Position numbers and translations under genes: made by a program
Source of the DNA: Nemertoderma westbladi
Taxonomy: Eukaryota > Animalia > Xenacoelomorpha
Direction: 5' to 3'
Assembly: GCA_032718475.1 (NCBI GenBank)
Contig: JAUCBJ010007063.1
Location: forward strand, 13,569 to 77,568
Length of the DNA stretch: 64,000 nt
Shown here: in pieces, positions 19,505-30,520 of the stretch
Layout of the letters: each line of letters opens with the position of its first letter
How positions within the stretch are numbered: position 1 is the stretch's first letter
The notes under the pieces: model-generated
What the model was told of the DNA's origin: nothing
What the model saw: only the letters and a program-made list of their open reading frames with translations
The model's database searches: none

Positions 19505-20555
19505 GGAGATTCAGCCTATCACGCCCCGGAACAGCGACAACGACTATATCATCGAATGGTATCAAGGTCCACAGTGTCTCACTGCGTACGATTATCGACA
19601 CGCCAACTATGTTTCTAGGCAACGTTGTCGATTATGCGCATCGAGAGACCACGATACGCCCATGGACACCAATGTCCGCTGTTCCTATTTCCAAGAACAA
19701 CCAACTATGGAAATTTATTGCGCATATTGCAGACTCAATAACTTGCATATCTTTGCTGTTTGCCCTCAATTTATGACTCAATGTCACCATTGTCAACTAA
19801 AGGGACATGCCAGTTTCGATTGCCCTTTTAATCACGACTTGGAAAGCGTAGATGAAATGATCACACTACGTTACATCAGAGCTTGGGAAGCGAACGCTGA
19901 TTTACATTGTGATTCGCGCCATCGCTATTATCCCGGACGCGCTTATGAAGGAGTTTATGCGTTCCATCCTTATCTCTTCGCCTCGGTCGAACAGAAATCA
20001 CGCATATCGAGTTACGAGCTAATAAAGCGCGTCGGAGAATGTATTTCAACCAAATTCGTACGCAAATTTCTCAGGAGTGTTAATCCTAGCGACCTTCATT
20101 CCTATAACTTAATCAATTATATCCGTCAGGATCCGGACTATGGAGACTTATTTGTTAACTCACACTCAGAGTTACAGGAAGTATATCGGCGGCCTTACGA
20201 ATACCGAGCCCGCGAACGCGAGTTAGAAAGAACCATTAAACTCCGGAGGTTTCTAACCGCCTATGGTCCACCCACGGCCCTTGTTCAGACCACGCGTAAA
20301 GGACCCGTCAGAGCGGCTGTCTTGAAACGAGCTCTCAAAGCCGTTAGACCCCTCTCACCTGATGTCGATGTCAATCAACCCGGTACTTCGACTGGCGGAT
20401 ACACCGACCATAATCCTACACCCTCTGATGCAATCATATTGCACCCTTCACCTCGGAGTTATAGCCCTCCTTGTAAAGTGGCTCGCCCCAAAGAGAAAAG
20501 GACTCTGGCTAGCTTTAAAAAATTGCGTAAACGCCGTCCGCGCAAGAAAGACTAA
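19449..20555 (+). CDS. Accessory ORF B of the BEL/Pao element, 368 aa, three CCHC-type zinc knuckles and a basic C-terminus
   Basis: CRLCASRDH-x9-C, CAYCRLNNLHIFAVC, CHHCQLKGHASFDC (canonical CX2CX4HX4C), and C-terminal KKLRKRRPRKKD. It ends 78 nt before the 3' LTR. Confidence 0.82.
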   Translation: MKILFVTDWEDEPICLESEEIQPITPRNSDNDYIIEWYQGPQCLTAYDYRHANYVSRQRCRLCASRDHDTPMDTNVRCSYFQEQPTMEIYCAYCRLNNLHIFAVCPQFMTQCHHCQLKGHASFDCPFNHDLESVDEMITLRYIRAWEANADLHCDSRHRYYPGRAYEGVYAFHPYLFASVEQKSRISSYELIKRVGECISTKFVRKFLRSVNPSDLHSYNLINYIRQDPDYGDLFVNSHSELQEVYRRPYEYRARERELERTIKLRRFLTAYGPPTALVQTTRKGPVRAAVLKRALKAVRPLSPDVDVNQPGTSTGGYTDHNPTPSDAIILHPSPRSYSPPCKVARPKEKRTLASFKKLRKRRPRKKD

Positions 20556-20625
20556 CTGTTTAGAGTATTTACGTATATTAGAAACTGTGATTTTTGTATA
20601 TTAATAGACTCAAATCCCATTTTCT

Positions 20626-20633
20626 GGGAGCGG
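20626..20633 (+). other. Short, imperfect polypurine tract of the BEL/Pao element
   Basis: GGGAGCGG directly abuts the TG of the 3' LTR. Confidence 0.6.
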
Positions 20634-21910
20634 TGTAAAAGCTTCTGTGGGATATAACTGGCCCCTTTGCTTCGCAATCCAGTTTCCCCCTAGGCGCTGG
20701 AATACTCTAAAAGGGTTCTCTAACTGTATATATATTCCCCTTGCCCGCAAGGTACCGTTACAGGTGTTTTTAACGGACATAAAAGTCATTCTTCTATATA
20801 CGTGTTTTAGCGGACATGGTAAGGCAAAAAACCCGCAATACGGCAAATACTTTTACACAGCTTAGCCGTGATGATTCAGATTACGACATCTAACAGCTGG
20901 TTGCTTAAATGGAAACAGCCATTGGACGCATGGTTCTTTGTTTGGCTTCAGCCAATCAGAGCGATTTTCTCTGTCGATGTGGAGCTTTGAGCCGATCATA
21001 CTGGGAGTGTTCAGTCTTACTGTTTTTTACTGATACTTTGTTGTTATTGCTGTCTAAGCCAGAAACACCGGCTCTAGAGTTAATTGTTTTCATACTTTAA
21101 AAGAAACATTAGTAGGCTTAAATTATAGAGCGTATGACTGTTATCAGTTCAACTCAGTGCATAACAGTGCATATCACTGTACATATCGGTTCATATCATA
21201 TCTTAACCTACCGTCTTAACGTTTTGCTGTTGTCATATTTTATATCAGTTGATTGAATATTATCTGGAGAACATTTATAAAGAACCCAAATTTCCCAATT
21301 TTCTTGATACACTACAGGTTAGAGAGGCGGGTTATATATATAGCGATTGCGACTTATATTATTGTGGTGTGTATTGAATTTAATGCTATTTGAGCACTAC
21401 ATTGGTCCGTTGCTATTTTCTTTATATATGATAAAATTCATTGACGGTCGGCAAGTTAGTGAGCAGTATTGTGTGTTACCGGTAGTGTGCATGATTGTGA
21501 CGGATAACTAAGCATTTCCTAAAGAATGCGCCTCATACGTGAATCTTAAGCCTTACCGACTTACCGTTGTGATTAGTGTAAGTCATATCTCTGTTTACCT
21601 AGATAGAGCGCCACGTCCTAAAGGAACTGTTAATATTTCCCGAAAGTAAATAATATTAGTCAGAAATTAATTATTAACGATCAATCGAATAATACAATAC
21701 AGTAAGCTTCACTGCAATAATAATTTAAGCCCTCAGAATCCAGTCTCCCGGGATTATCCAGCGGGTGAATGGACGCGCACTAGGCTGGCTTCTGCTAATG
21801 TTGTGTTTATTGGTATTAAATATTTGTCATCTTCTAAAGTATATTTATAAACCAAAAGACATATAAATTTTGGCAGGTTAAACTGCTAAAGGTCTTCAAA
21901 AGCGCGTACA
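20634..21910 (+). repeat. 3' LTR of the BEL/Pao element (1277 bp)
   Basis: Direct repeat of 5801-7080, followed by TSD CATAC. Confidence 0.97.
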
Positions 21911-24900
21911 CATACAGGGTGTATATAGTGAGAGAATGGCGTGGTATGATGAGTATAGGAAGGTGTGGCCATACAGGGTGTGTAGAGTGAGAGAATGGCG
22001 TGGTATGATGAGTATAGGAAGGTGTGGCCATACAGGGTGTGTAGAGTGAGAGAATGGCGTGGTATGATGAGTATAGGAAGATGTGGCCATACAGGGTGTG
22101 TAGAGTGAGAGAATGGCGTGGTATGATGAGTATAGGAAGGTGTGGCCATACAGGGTGTGTAGAGTGAGAGAATGGCGTGGTATGATGAGTATAGGAAGAT
22201 GTGGCCATACAGGGTGTGTAGAGTGAGAGAATGGCGTGGTATGATGAGTATAGGAAGCTGTGGCCATACAGGGTGTGTAGAGTGAGAGAATGGTGTGGTA
22301 TGATGAGTATAGGAAGGTGTGGCCATACAGGGTGTGTAGAATGAGAGAATGGCGTGGTATGATGAGTATAGGAAGATGTGGCCATACAGGGTGTGTAGAG
22401 TGAGAGAATGGCGTGGTATGATGAGTATAGGAAGGTGTGGCCATACAGGGTGTGTAGAGTGAGAGAATGGCGTGGTATGATGAGTATAGGAAGGTGTGGC
22501 CATACAGGGTGTGTAGAGTGAGAGAATGGCGTGGTATGATGAGTATAGGAAGATGTGGCCATACAGGGTGTGTAGAGTGAGAGAATGGCGTGGTATGATG
22601 AGTATAGGAAGGTGTGGCCATACAGGGTGTGTAGAGTGAGAGAATGGTGTGGTATGATGAGTATAGGAAGGTGTGGCCATACAGGGTGTGTAGAGTGAGA
22701 GAATGGCGTGGTATGATGAGTATAGGAAGATGTGGCCATACAGGGTGTGTAGAGTGAGAGAATGGTGTGGTATGATGAGTATAGGAAGGTGTGGCCATAC
22801 AGGGTGTGTAGAGTGAGAGAATGGCGTGGTATGATGAGTATAGGAAGATGTGGCCATACAGGGTGTGTAGAGTGAGAGAATGGCGTGGTATGATGAGTAT
22901 AGGAAGGTGTGGCCATACAGGGTGTGTAGAGTGAGAGAATGGCGTGGTATGATGAGTATAGGAAGGTGTGGCCATACAGGGTGTATAGAGTGAGAGAATG
23001 GTGTGGTATGATGAGTATAGGAAGGTGTGGCCATACAGGGTGTGTAGAGTGAGAGAATGGCGTGGTATGATGAGTATAGGAAGGTGTGGCCTTACAGGGT
23101 GTGTAGAGTGAGAGAATGGCGTGGTATGATGAGTATAGGAAGGTGTGGCCATACAGGGTGTGTAGAGTGAGAGAATGGTGTGGTATGATGAGTATAGGAA
23201 GGTGTGGCCATACAGGGTGTGTAGAGTGAGAGAATGGCGTGGTATGATGAGTATAGGAAGGTGTGGCCATACAGGGTGTGTAGAGTGAGAGAATGGCGTG
23301 GTATGATGAGTATAGGAAGGTGTGGCCATACAGGGTGTGTAGAGTGAGAGAATGGTGTGGTATGATGAGTATAGGAAGGTGTGGCCATACAGGGTGTGTA
23401 GAGTGAGAGAATGGCGTGGTATCATGAGTATAGGAAGGTGTGGCCATACAGGGTGTATAGAGTGAGAGAATGGCGTGGTATGATGAGTATAGGAAGGTGT
23501 GGCCATACAGGGTGTGTAGAGTGAGAGAATGGCGTGGTATGATGAGTATAGGAAGGTGTGGCCATACAGGGTGTATAGAGTGAGAGAATGGCGTGGTATG
23601 ATGAGTATAGGAAGGTGTGGCCATACAGGGTGTGTAGAGTGAGAGAATGGTGTGGTATGATAAGTATAGGAAGGTGTGGCCATACAGGGTGTGTAGAGTG
23701 AGAGAATGGTGTGGTATGATGAGTATAGGAAGGTGTGGCCATACAGGGTGTGTAGAGTGAGAGAATGGCGTGGTATGATGAGTATAGGAAGGTGTGGCCA
23801 TACAGGGTGTGTAGAGTGAGAGAATGGCGTGGTATGATGAGTATAGGAAGGTGTGGCCATACAGGGTGTGTAGAGTGAGAGAATGGTGTGGTATGATAAG
23901 TATAGGAAGGTGTGGCCATACAGGGTGTGTAGAGTGAGAGAATGGTGTGCTATGATGAGTATAGGAAGCTGTGGCCATACAGGGTGTGTAGAGTGAGAGA
24001 ATGGCGTGGTATGATGAGTATAGGAAGGTGTGGCCATACAGGGTGTGTAGAGTGAGAGAATGGTGTGGTATGATGAGTATAGGAAGGTGTGGCCATACAG
24101 GGTGTGTAGAGTGAGAGAATGGCGTGGTATGATGAGTATAGGAAGGTGTGGCCATACAGGGTGTGTAGAGTGAGAGAATGGTGTGGTATGATGAGTATAG
24201 GAAGGTGTGACCATACAGGGTGTGTAGAGTGAGAGAATGGCGTGGTATGATGAGTATAGGAAGGTGTGGCCATACAGGGTGTGTAGAGTGAGAGAATGGT
24301 GTGGTATGATGAGTATAGGAAGGTGTAGCCATACAGGGTGTGTAGAGTGAGAGAATGGTGTGGTATGATGAGTATAGGAAGGTGTGGCCATACAGGGTGT
24401 GTAGAGTGAGAGAATGGTGTGGTATGATGAGTATAGGAAGGTGTGGCCATACAGGGTGTGTAGAGTGAGAGAATGGTGTGGTATGATGAGTATAGGAAGG
24501 TGTGGCCATACAGGGTGTGTAGAGTGAGAGAATGGTGTGGTATGATGAGTATAGGAAGGTGTGGCCATACAGAGTGTGTAGAGTGAGAGAATGGCGTGGT
24601 ATGATGAGTATAGGAAGGTGTGGCCATACAGGGTGTGTAGAGTGAGAGAATGGCGTGGTATGATGAGTATAGGAAGGTGTGGCTATACAGGGTGTGTAGA
24701 GTGAGAGAATGGTGTGGTATGATGAGTATAGGAAGGTGTGGCCATACAGGGTGTGTAGAGTGAGAGAATGGCGTGGTATGATGAGTATAGGAAGGTGTGG
24801 CCATACAGGGTGTGTAGAGTGAGAGAATGGCGTGGTATGATGAGTATAGGAAGGTGTGGCCATACAGGGTGTGTAGAGTGAGAGAATGGCGTGGTATGAT

Positions 24901-27900
24901 GAGTATAGGAAGGTGTGGCCATACAGGGTGTGTAGAGTGAGAGAATGGCGTGGTATGATGAGTATAGGAAGGTGTGGCCATACAGGGTGTGTAGAGTGAG
25001 AGAATGGCGTGGTATGATGAGTATAGGAAGGTGTGGCCATACAGGGTGTGTAGAGTGAGAGAATGGTGTGGTATGATGAGTATAGGAAGGTGTGGCCATA
25101 CAGAGTGTGTAGAGTGAGAGAATGGCGTGGTATGATGAGTATAGGAAGGTGTGGCCATACAGGGTGTGTAGAGTGAGATAATGGCGTGGTATGATGAGTA
25201 TAGGAAGGTGTGGCCATACAGGGTGTGTAGAGTGAGAGAATGGCGTGGTATGATGAGTATAGGAAGGTGTGGCTATACAGGGTGTGTAGAGTGAGAGAAT
25301 GGTGTGGTATGATGAGTATAGGAAGGTGTGGCCATACAGGGTGTGTAGAGTGAGAGAATGGCGTGGTATGATGAGTATAGGAAGGTGTGGCCATACAGGG
25401 TGTGTAGAGTGAGAGAATGGCGTGGTATGATGAGTATAGGAAGGTGTGGCCATACAGGGTGTGTAGAGTGAGAGAATGGCGTGGTATGATGAGTATAGGA
25501 AGGTGTGGCCATACAGGGTGTGTAGAGTGAGAGAATGGCGTGGTATGATGAGTATAGGAAGGTGTGGCCATACAGGGTGTGTAGAGTGAGAGAATGGCGT
25601 GGTATGATGAGTATAGGAAGGTGTGGCCATACAGGGTGTGTAGAGTGAGAGAATGGTGTGGTATGATGAGTATAGGAAGGTGTGGCCATACAGAGTGTGT
25701 AGAGTGAGAGAATGGCGTGGTATGATGAGTATAGGAAGGTGTGGCCATACAGGGTGTGTAGAGTGAGAGAATGGCGTGGTATGATGAGTATAGGAAGGTG
25801 TGGCTATACAGGGTGTGTAGAGTGAGAGAATGGTGTGGTATGATGAGTATAGGAAGGTGTGGCCATACAGGGTGTGTAGAGTGAGAGAATGGCGTGGTAT
25901 GATGAGTATAGGAAGGTGTGGCCATACAGGGTGTGTAGAGTGAGAGAATGGTGTGGTATGATGAGTATAGGAAGCTGTGGCCATACAGGGTGTGTATAGA
26001 GTGAGAGAATGGCGTGGTATGATGAGTATAGGAAGGTGTGGCCATACAGGGTGTGTAGAGTGAGATAATGGCGTGGTATGATGAGTATAGGAAGGTGTGG
26101 CCATACAGGGTGTGTAGAGTGAGAGAATGGCGTGGTATGATGAGTATAGGAAGGTGTGGCTATACAGGGTGTGTAGAGTGAGAGAATGGTGTGGTATGAT
26201 GAGTATAGGAAGGTGTGGCCATACAGGGTGTGTAGAGTGAGAGAATGGCGTGGTATGATGAGTATAGGAAGGTGTGGCCATACAGGGTGTGTAGAGTGAG
26301 AGAATGGCGTGGTATGATGAGTATAGGAAGGTGTGGCCATACAGGGTGTGTAGAGTGAGAGAATGGCGTGGTATGATGAGTATAGGAAGGTGTGGCCATA
26401 CAGGGTGTGTAGAGTGAGAGAATGGTGTGGTATGATGAGTATAGGAAGGTGTGGCCATACAGGGTGTGTAGAGTGAGAGAATGGTGTGGTATGATGAGTA
26501 TAGGAAGGTGTGGCCATACAGGGTGTGTAGAGTGAGAGAATGGCGTGGTATGATGAGTATAGGAAGGTGTGGCCATACAGGGTGTGTAGAGTGAGAGAAT
26601 GGCGTGGTATGATGAGTATAGGAAGGTGTGGCCATACAGGGTGTGTAGAGTGAGAGAATGGTGTGGTATGATGAGTATAGGAAGGTGTGGCCATACAGGG
26701 TGTGTAGAGTGAGAGAATGGTGTGGTATGATGAGTATAGGAAGGTGTGGCCATACAGGGTGTGTAGAGTGAGATAATGGCGTGGTATGATGAGTATAGGA
26801 AGGTGTGGCCATACAGGGTGTGTAGAGTGAGAGAATGGCGTGGTATGATGAGTATAGGAAGGTGTGGCCATACAGGGTGTGTAGAGTGAGAGAATGGTGT
26901 GGTATGATGAGTATAGGAAGGTGTGGCCATACAGGGTGTGTAGAGTGAGAGAATGGTGTGGTATGATGAGTATAGGAAGGTGTAGCCATACAGGGTGTAT
27001 AGAGTGAGAGAATGGTGTGGTATGATGAGTATAGGAAGGTGTGGCCATACAGGGTGTGTAGAGTGAGAGAATGGTGTGGTATGATGAGTATAGGAAGGTG
27101 TGGCCATACAGGGTGTGTAGAGTGAGAGAATGGTGTGGTATGATGAGTATAGGAAGGTGTGGCCATACAGGGTGTGTAGAGTGAGAGAATGGCGTGGTAT
27201 GATGAGTATAGGAAGGTGTGGCCATACAGGGTGTGTAGAGTGAGAGAATGGTGTGCTATGATGAGTATAGGAAGGTGTGGCCATACAGGGTGTGTAGAGT
27301 GAGAGAATGGTGTGGTATGATGAGTATAGGAAGGTGTGGCCATACAGGGTGTGTAGAGTGAGAGAATGGTGTGCTATGATGAGTATAGGAAGGTGTGGCC
27401 ATACAGGGTGTGTAGAGTGAGAGAATGGTGTGGTATGATGAGTATAGGAAGGTGTGGCCATACAGGGTGTGTAGAGTGAGAGAATGGTGTGGTATGATGA
27501 GTATAGGAAGGTGTGGCCATACAGGGTGTGTAGAGTGAGAGAATGGTGTGGTATGATGAGTATAGGAAGGTGTGGCCATACAGGGTGTGTAGAGTGAGAT
27601 AATGGCGTGGTATGATGAGTATAGGAAGGTGTGGCCATACAGGGTGTGTAGAGTGAGAGAATGGCGTGGTATGATGAGTATAGGAAGGTGTGGCCATACA
27701 GGGTGTGTAGAGTGAGAGAATGGTGTGGTATGATGAGTATAGGAAGGTGTGGCCATACAGGGTGTGTAGAGTGAGAGAATGGTGTGGTATGATGAGTATA
27801 GGAAGGTGTGGCCATACAGGGTGTGTAGAGTGAGAGAATGGCGTGGTATGATGAGTATAGGAAGGTGTGGCCATACAGGGTGTGTATAGTGAGAGAATGG

Positions 27901-30515
27901 TGTGCTATGATGAGTATAGGAAGGTGTGGCCATACAGGGTGTGTAGAGTGAGAGAATGGCGTGGTATGATGAGTATAGGAAGGTGTGGCCATACAGGGTG
28001 TGTAGAGTGAGAGAATGGCGTGGTATGATGAGTATAGGAAGGTGTGGCCATACAGGGTGTGTAGAGTGAGAGAATGGCGTGGTATGATGAGTATAGGAAG
28101 GTGTGGCCATACAGGGTGTATAGAGTGAGAGAATGGTGTGGTATGATGAGTATAGGAAGGTGTGGCCATACAGGGTGTGTAGAGTGAGAGAATGGCGTGG
28201 TATGATGAGTATAGGAAGGTGTGGCCATACAGGGTGTGTAGAGTGAGAGAATGGCGTGGTATGATGAGTATAGGAAGGTGTGGCCATACAGGGTGTGTAG
28301 AGTGAGAGAATGGTGTGGTATGATGAGTATAGGAAGGTGTGGCCATACAGGGTGTGTAGAGTGAGAGAATGGTGTGGTATGATGAGTATAGGAAGGTGTG
28401 GCCATACAGGGTGTGTAGAGTGAGAGAATGGCGTGGTATGATGAGTATAGGAAGGTGTGGCCATACAGGGTGTGTAGAGTGAGAGAATGGCGTGGTATGA
28501 TGAGTATAGGAAGGTGTGGCCATACAGGGTGTGTAGAGTGAGAGAATGGTGTGGTATGATGAGTATAGGAAGGTGTGGCCATACAGGGTGTGTAGAGTGA
28601 GAGAATGGCGTGGTATGATGAGTATAGGAAGGTGTGGCCATACAGGGTGTGTAGAGTGAGAGAATGGCGTGGTATGATGAGTATAGGAAGGTGTGGCCAT
28701 ACAGGGTGTGTAGAGTGAGAGAATGGCGTGGTATGATGAGTATAGGAAGGTGTGGCCATACAGGGTGTGTAGAGTGAGAGAATGGTGTGGTATGATGAGT
28801 ATAGGAAGGTGTGGCCATACAGGGTGTGTAGAGTGAGAGAATGGCGTGGTATGATGAGTATAGGAAGGTGTGGCCATACAGGGTGTGTAGAGTGAGAGTA
28901 TGGCGTGGTATGATGAGTATAGGAAGCTGTGGCCATACAGGGTGTGTAGAGTGAGAGAATGGCGTGGTATGATGAGTATAGGAAGGTGTGGCCATACAGG
29001 GTGTGTAGAGTGAGAGAATGGTGTGGTATGATGAGTATAGGAAGGTGTGGCCATACAGGGTGTGTAGAGTGAGAGTATGGCGTGGTATGATGAGTATAGG
29101 AAGCTGTGGCCATACAGGGTGTGTAGAGTGAGAGAATGGCGTGGTATGATGAGTATAGGAAGGTGTGGCCATACAGGGTGTGTAGAGTGAGAGAATGGTG
29201 TGGTATGATGAGTATAGGAAGGTGTGGCCATACAGGGTGTGTAGAGTGAGAGAATGGTGTGGTATGATGAGTATAGGAAGGTGTGGCCATACAGGGTGTG
29301 TAGAGTGAGAGAATGGTGTGGTATGATGAGTATAGGAAGGTGTGGCCATACAGGGTGTGTAGAGTGAGAGAATGGTGTGGTATGATGAGTATAGGAAGGT
29401 GTGGCCATACAGGGTGTGTAGAGTGAGAGAATGGCGTGGTATGATGAGTATAGGAAGCTGTGGCCATACAGGGTGTGTAGAGTGAGAGAATGGCGTGGTA
29501 TGATGAGTATAGGAAGCTGTGGCCATACAGGGTGTGTAGAGTGAGAGAATGGTGTGGTATGATGAGTATAGGAAGGTGTGGCCATACAGGGTGTGTAGAG
29601 TGAGATAATGGCGTGGTATGATGAGTATAGGAAGGTGTGGCCATACAGGGTGTGTAGAGTGAGAGTATGGCGTGGTATGATGAGTATAGGAAGCTGTGGC
29701 CATACAGGGTGTGTAGAGTGAGAGAATGGCGTGGTATGATGAGTATAGGAAGGTGTGGCCATACAGGGTGTGTAGAGTGAGAGAATGGTGTGGTATGATG
29801 AGTATAGGAAGGTGTGGCCATACAGGGTGTGTAGAGTGAGAGTATGGCGTGGTATGATGAGTATAGGAAGCTGTGGCCATACAGGGTGTGTAGAGTGAGA
29901 GAATGGCGTGGTATGATGAGTATAAGAAGGTGTGGCCATACAGGGTGTGTAGAGTGAGAGAATGGTGTGGTATGATGAGTATAGGAAGGTGTGGCCATAC
30001 AGGGTGTGTAGAGTGAGAGAATGGTGTGGTATGATGAGTATAGGAAGGTGTGGCCATACAGGGTGTGTAGAGTGAGAGAATGGTGTGGTATGATGAGTAT
30101 AGGAAGGTGTGGCCATACAGGGTGTGTAGAGTGAGAGAATGGTGTGGTATGATGAGTATAGGAAGGTGTGGCCATACAGGGTGTGTAGAGTGAGAGAATG
30201 GCGTGGTATGATGAGTATAGGAAGGTGTGGCCATACAGGGTGTGTAGAGTGAGAGAATGGCGTGGTATGATGAGTATAGGAAGGTGTGGCCATACAGGGT
30301 GTGTAGAGTGAGAGAATGGCGTGGTATGATGAGTATAGGAAGGTGTGGCCATACAGGGTGTGTAGAGTGAGATAATGGCGTGGTATGATGAGTATAGGAA
30401 GGTGTGGCCATACAGGGTGTATAGAGTGAGAGAATGGTGTGGTATGATGAGTATAGGAAGGTGTGGCCATACAGGGTGTGTAGAGTGAGAGAATGGCGTG
30501 GTATGATGAGTATAG
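21911..30515. repeat. 59-bp tandem satellite, right part
   Basis: Same unit as 3645-5800, roughly 146 copies, ending ...gtatgatgagtatag. Confidence 0.98.
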
Positions 30516-30520
30516 TAGTA

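Larger units (their letters stand above)
5801..21910 (+). mobile_element. Full-length BEL/Pao LTR retrotransposon, 16,110 bp
   Basis: TG...CA LTRs at both ends. 5-bp TSD CATAC at 5796-5800 and 21911-21915, with the satellite resuming in register. Gag-PR-RT-RH-IN order with BEL/Pao motifs. Confidence 0.97.

Noticed and set aside
19449-20555. ORF B as an envelope protein or Nanos homologue
   Set aside because: No signal peptide or transmembrane helix is evident, and the Cys/His spacing does not match the Nanos CCHC pair.
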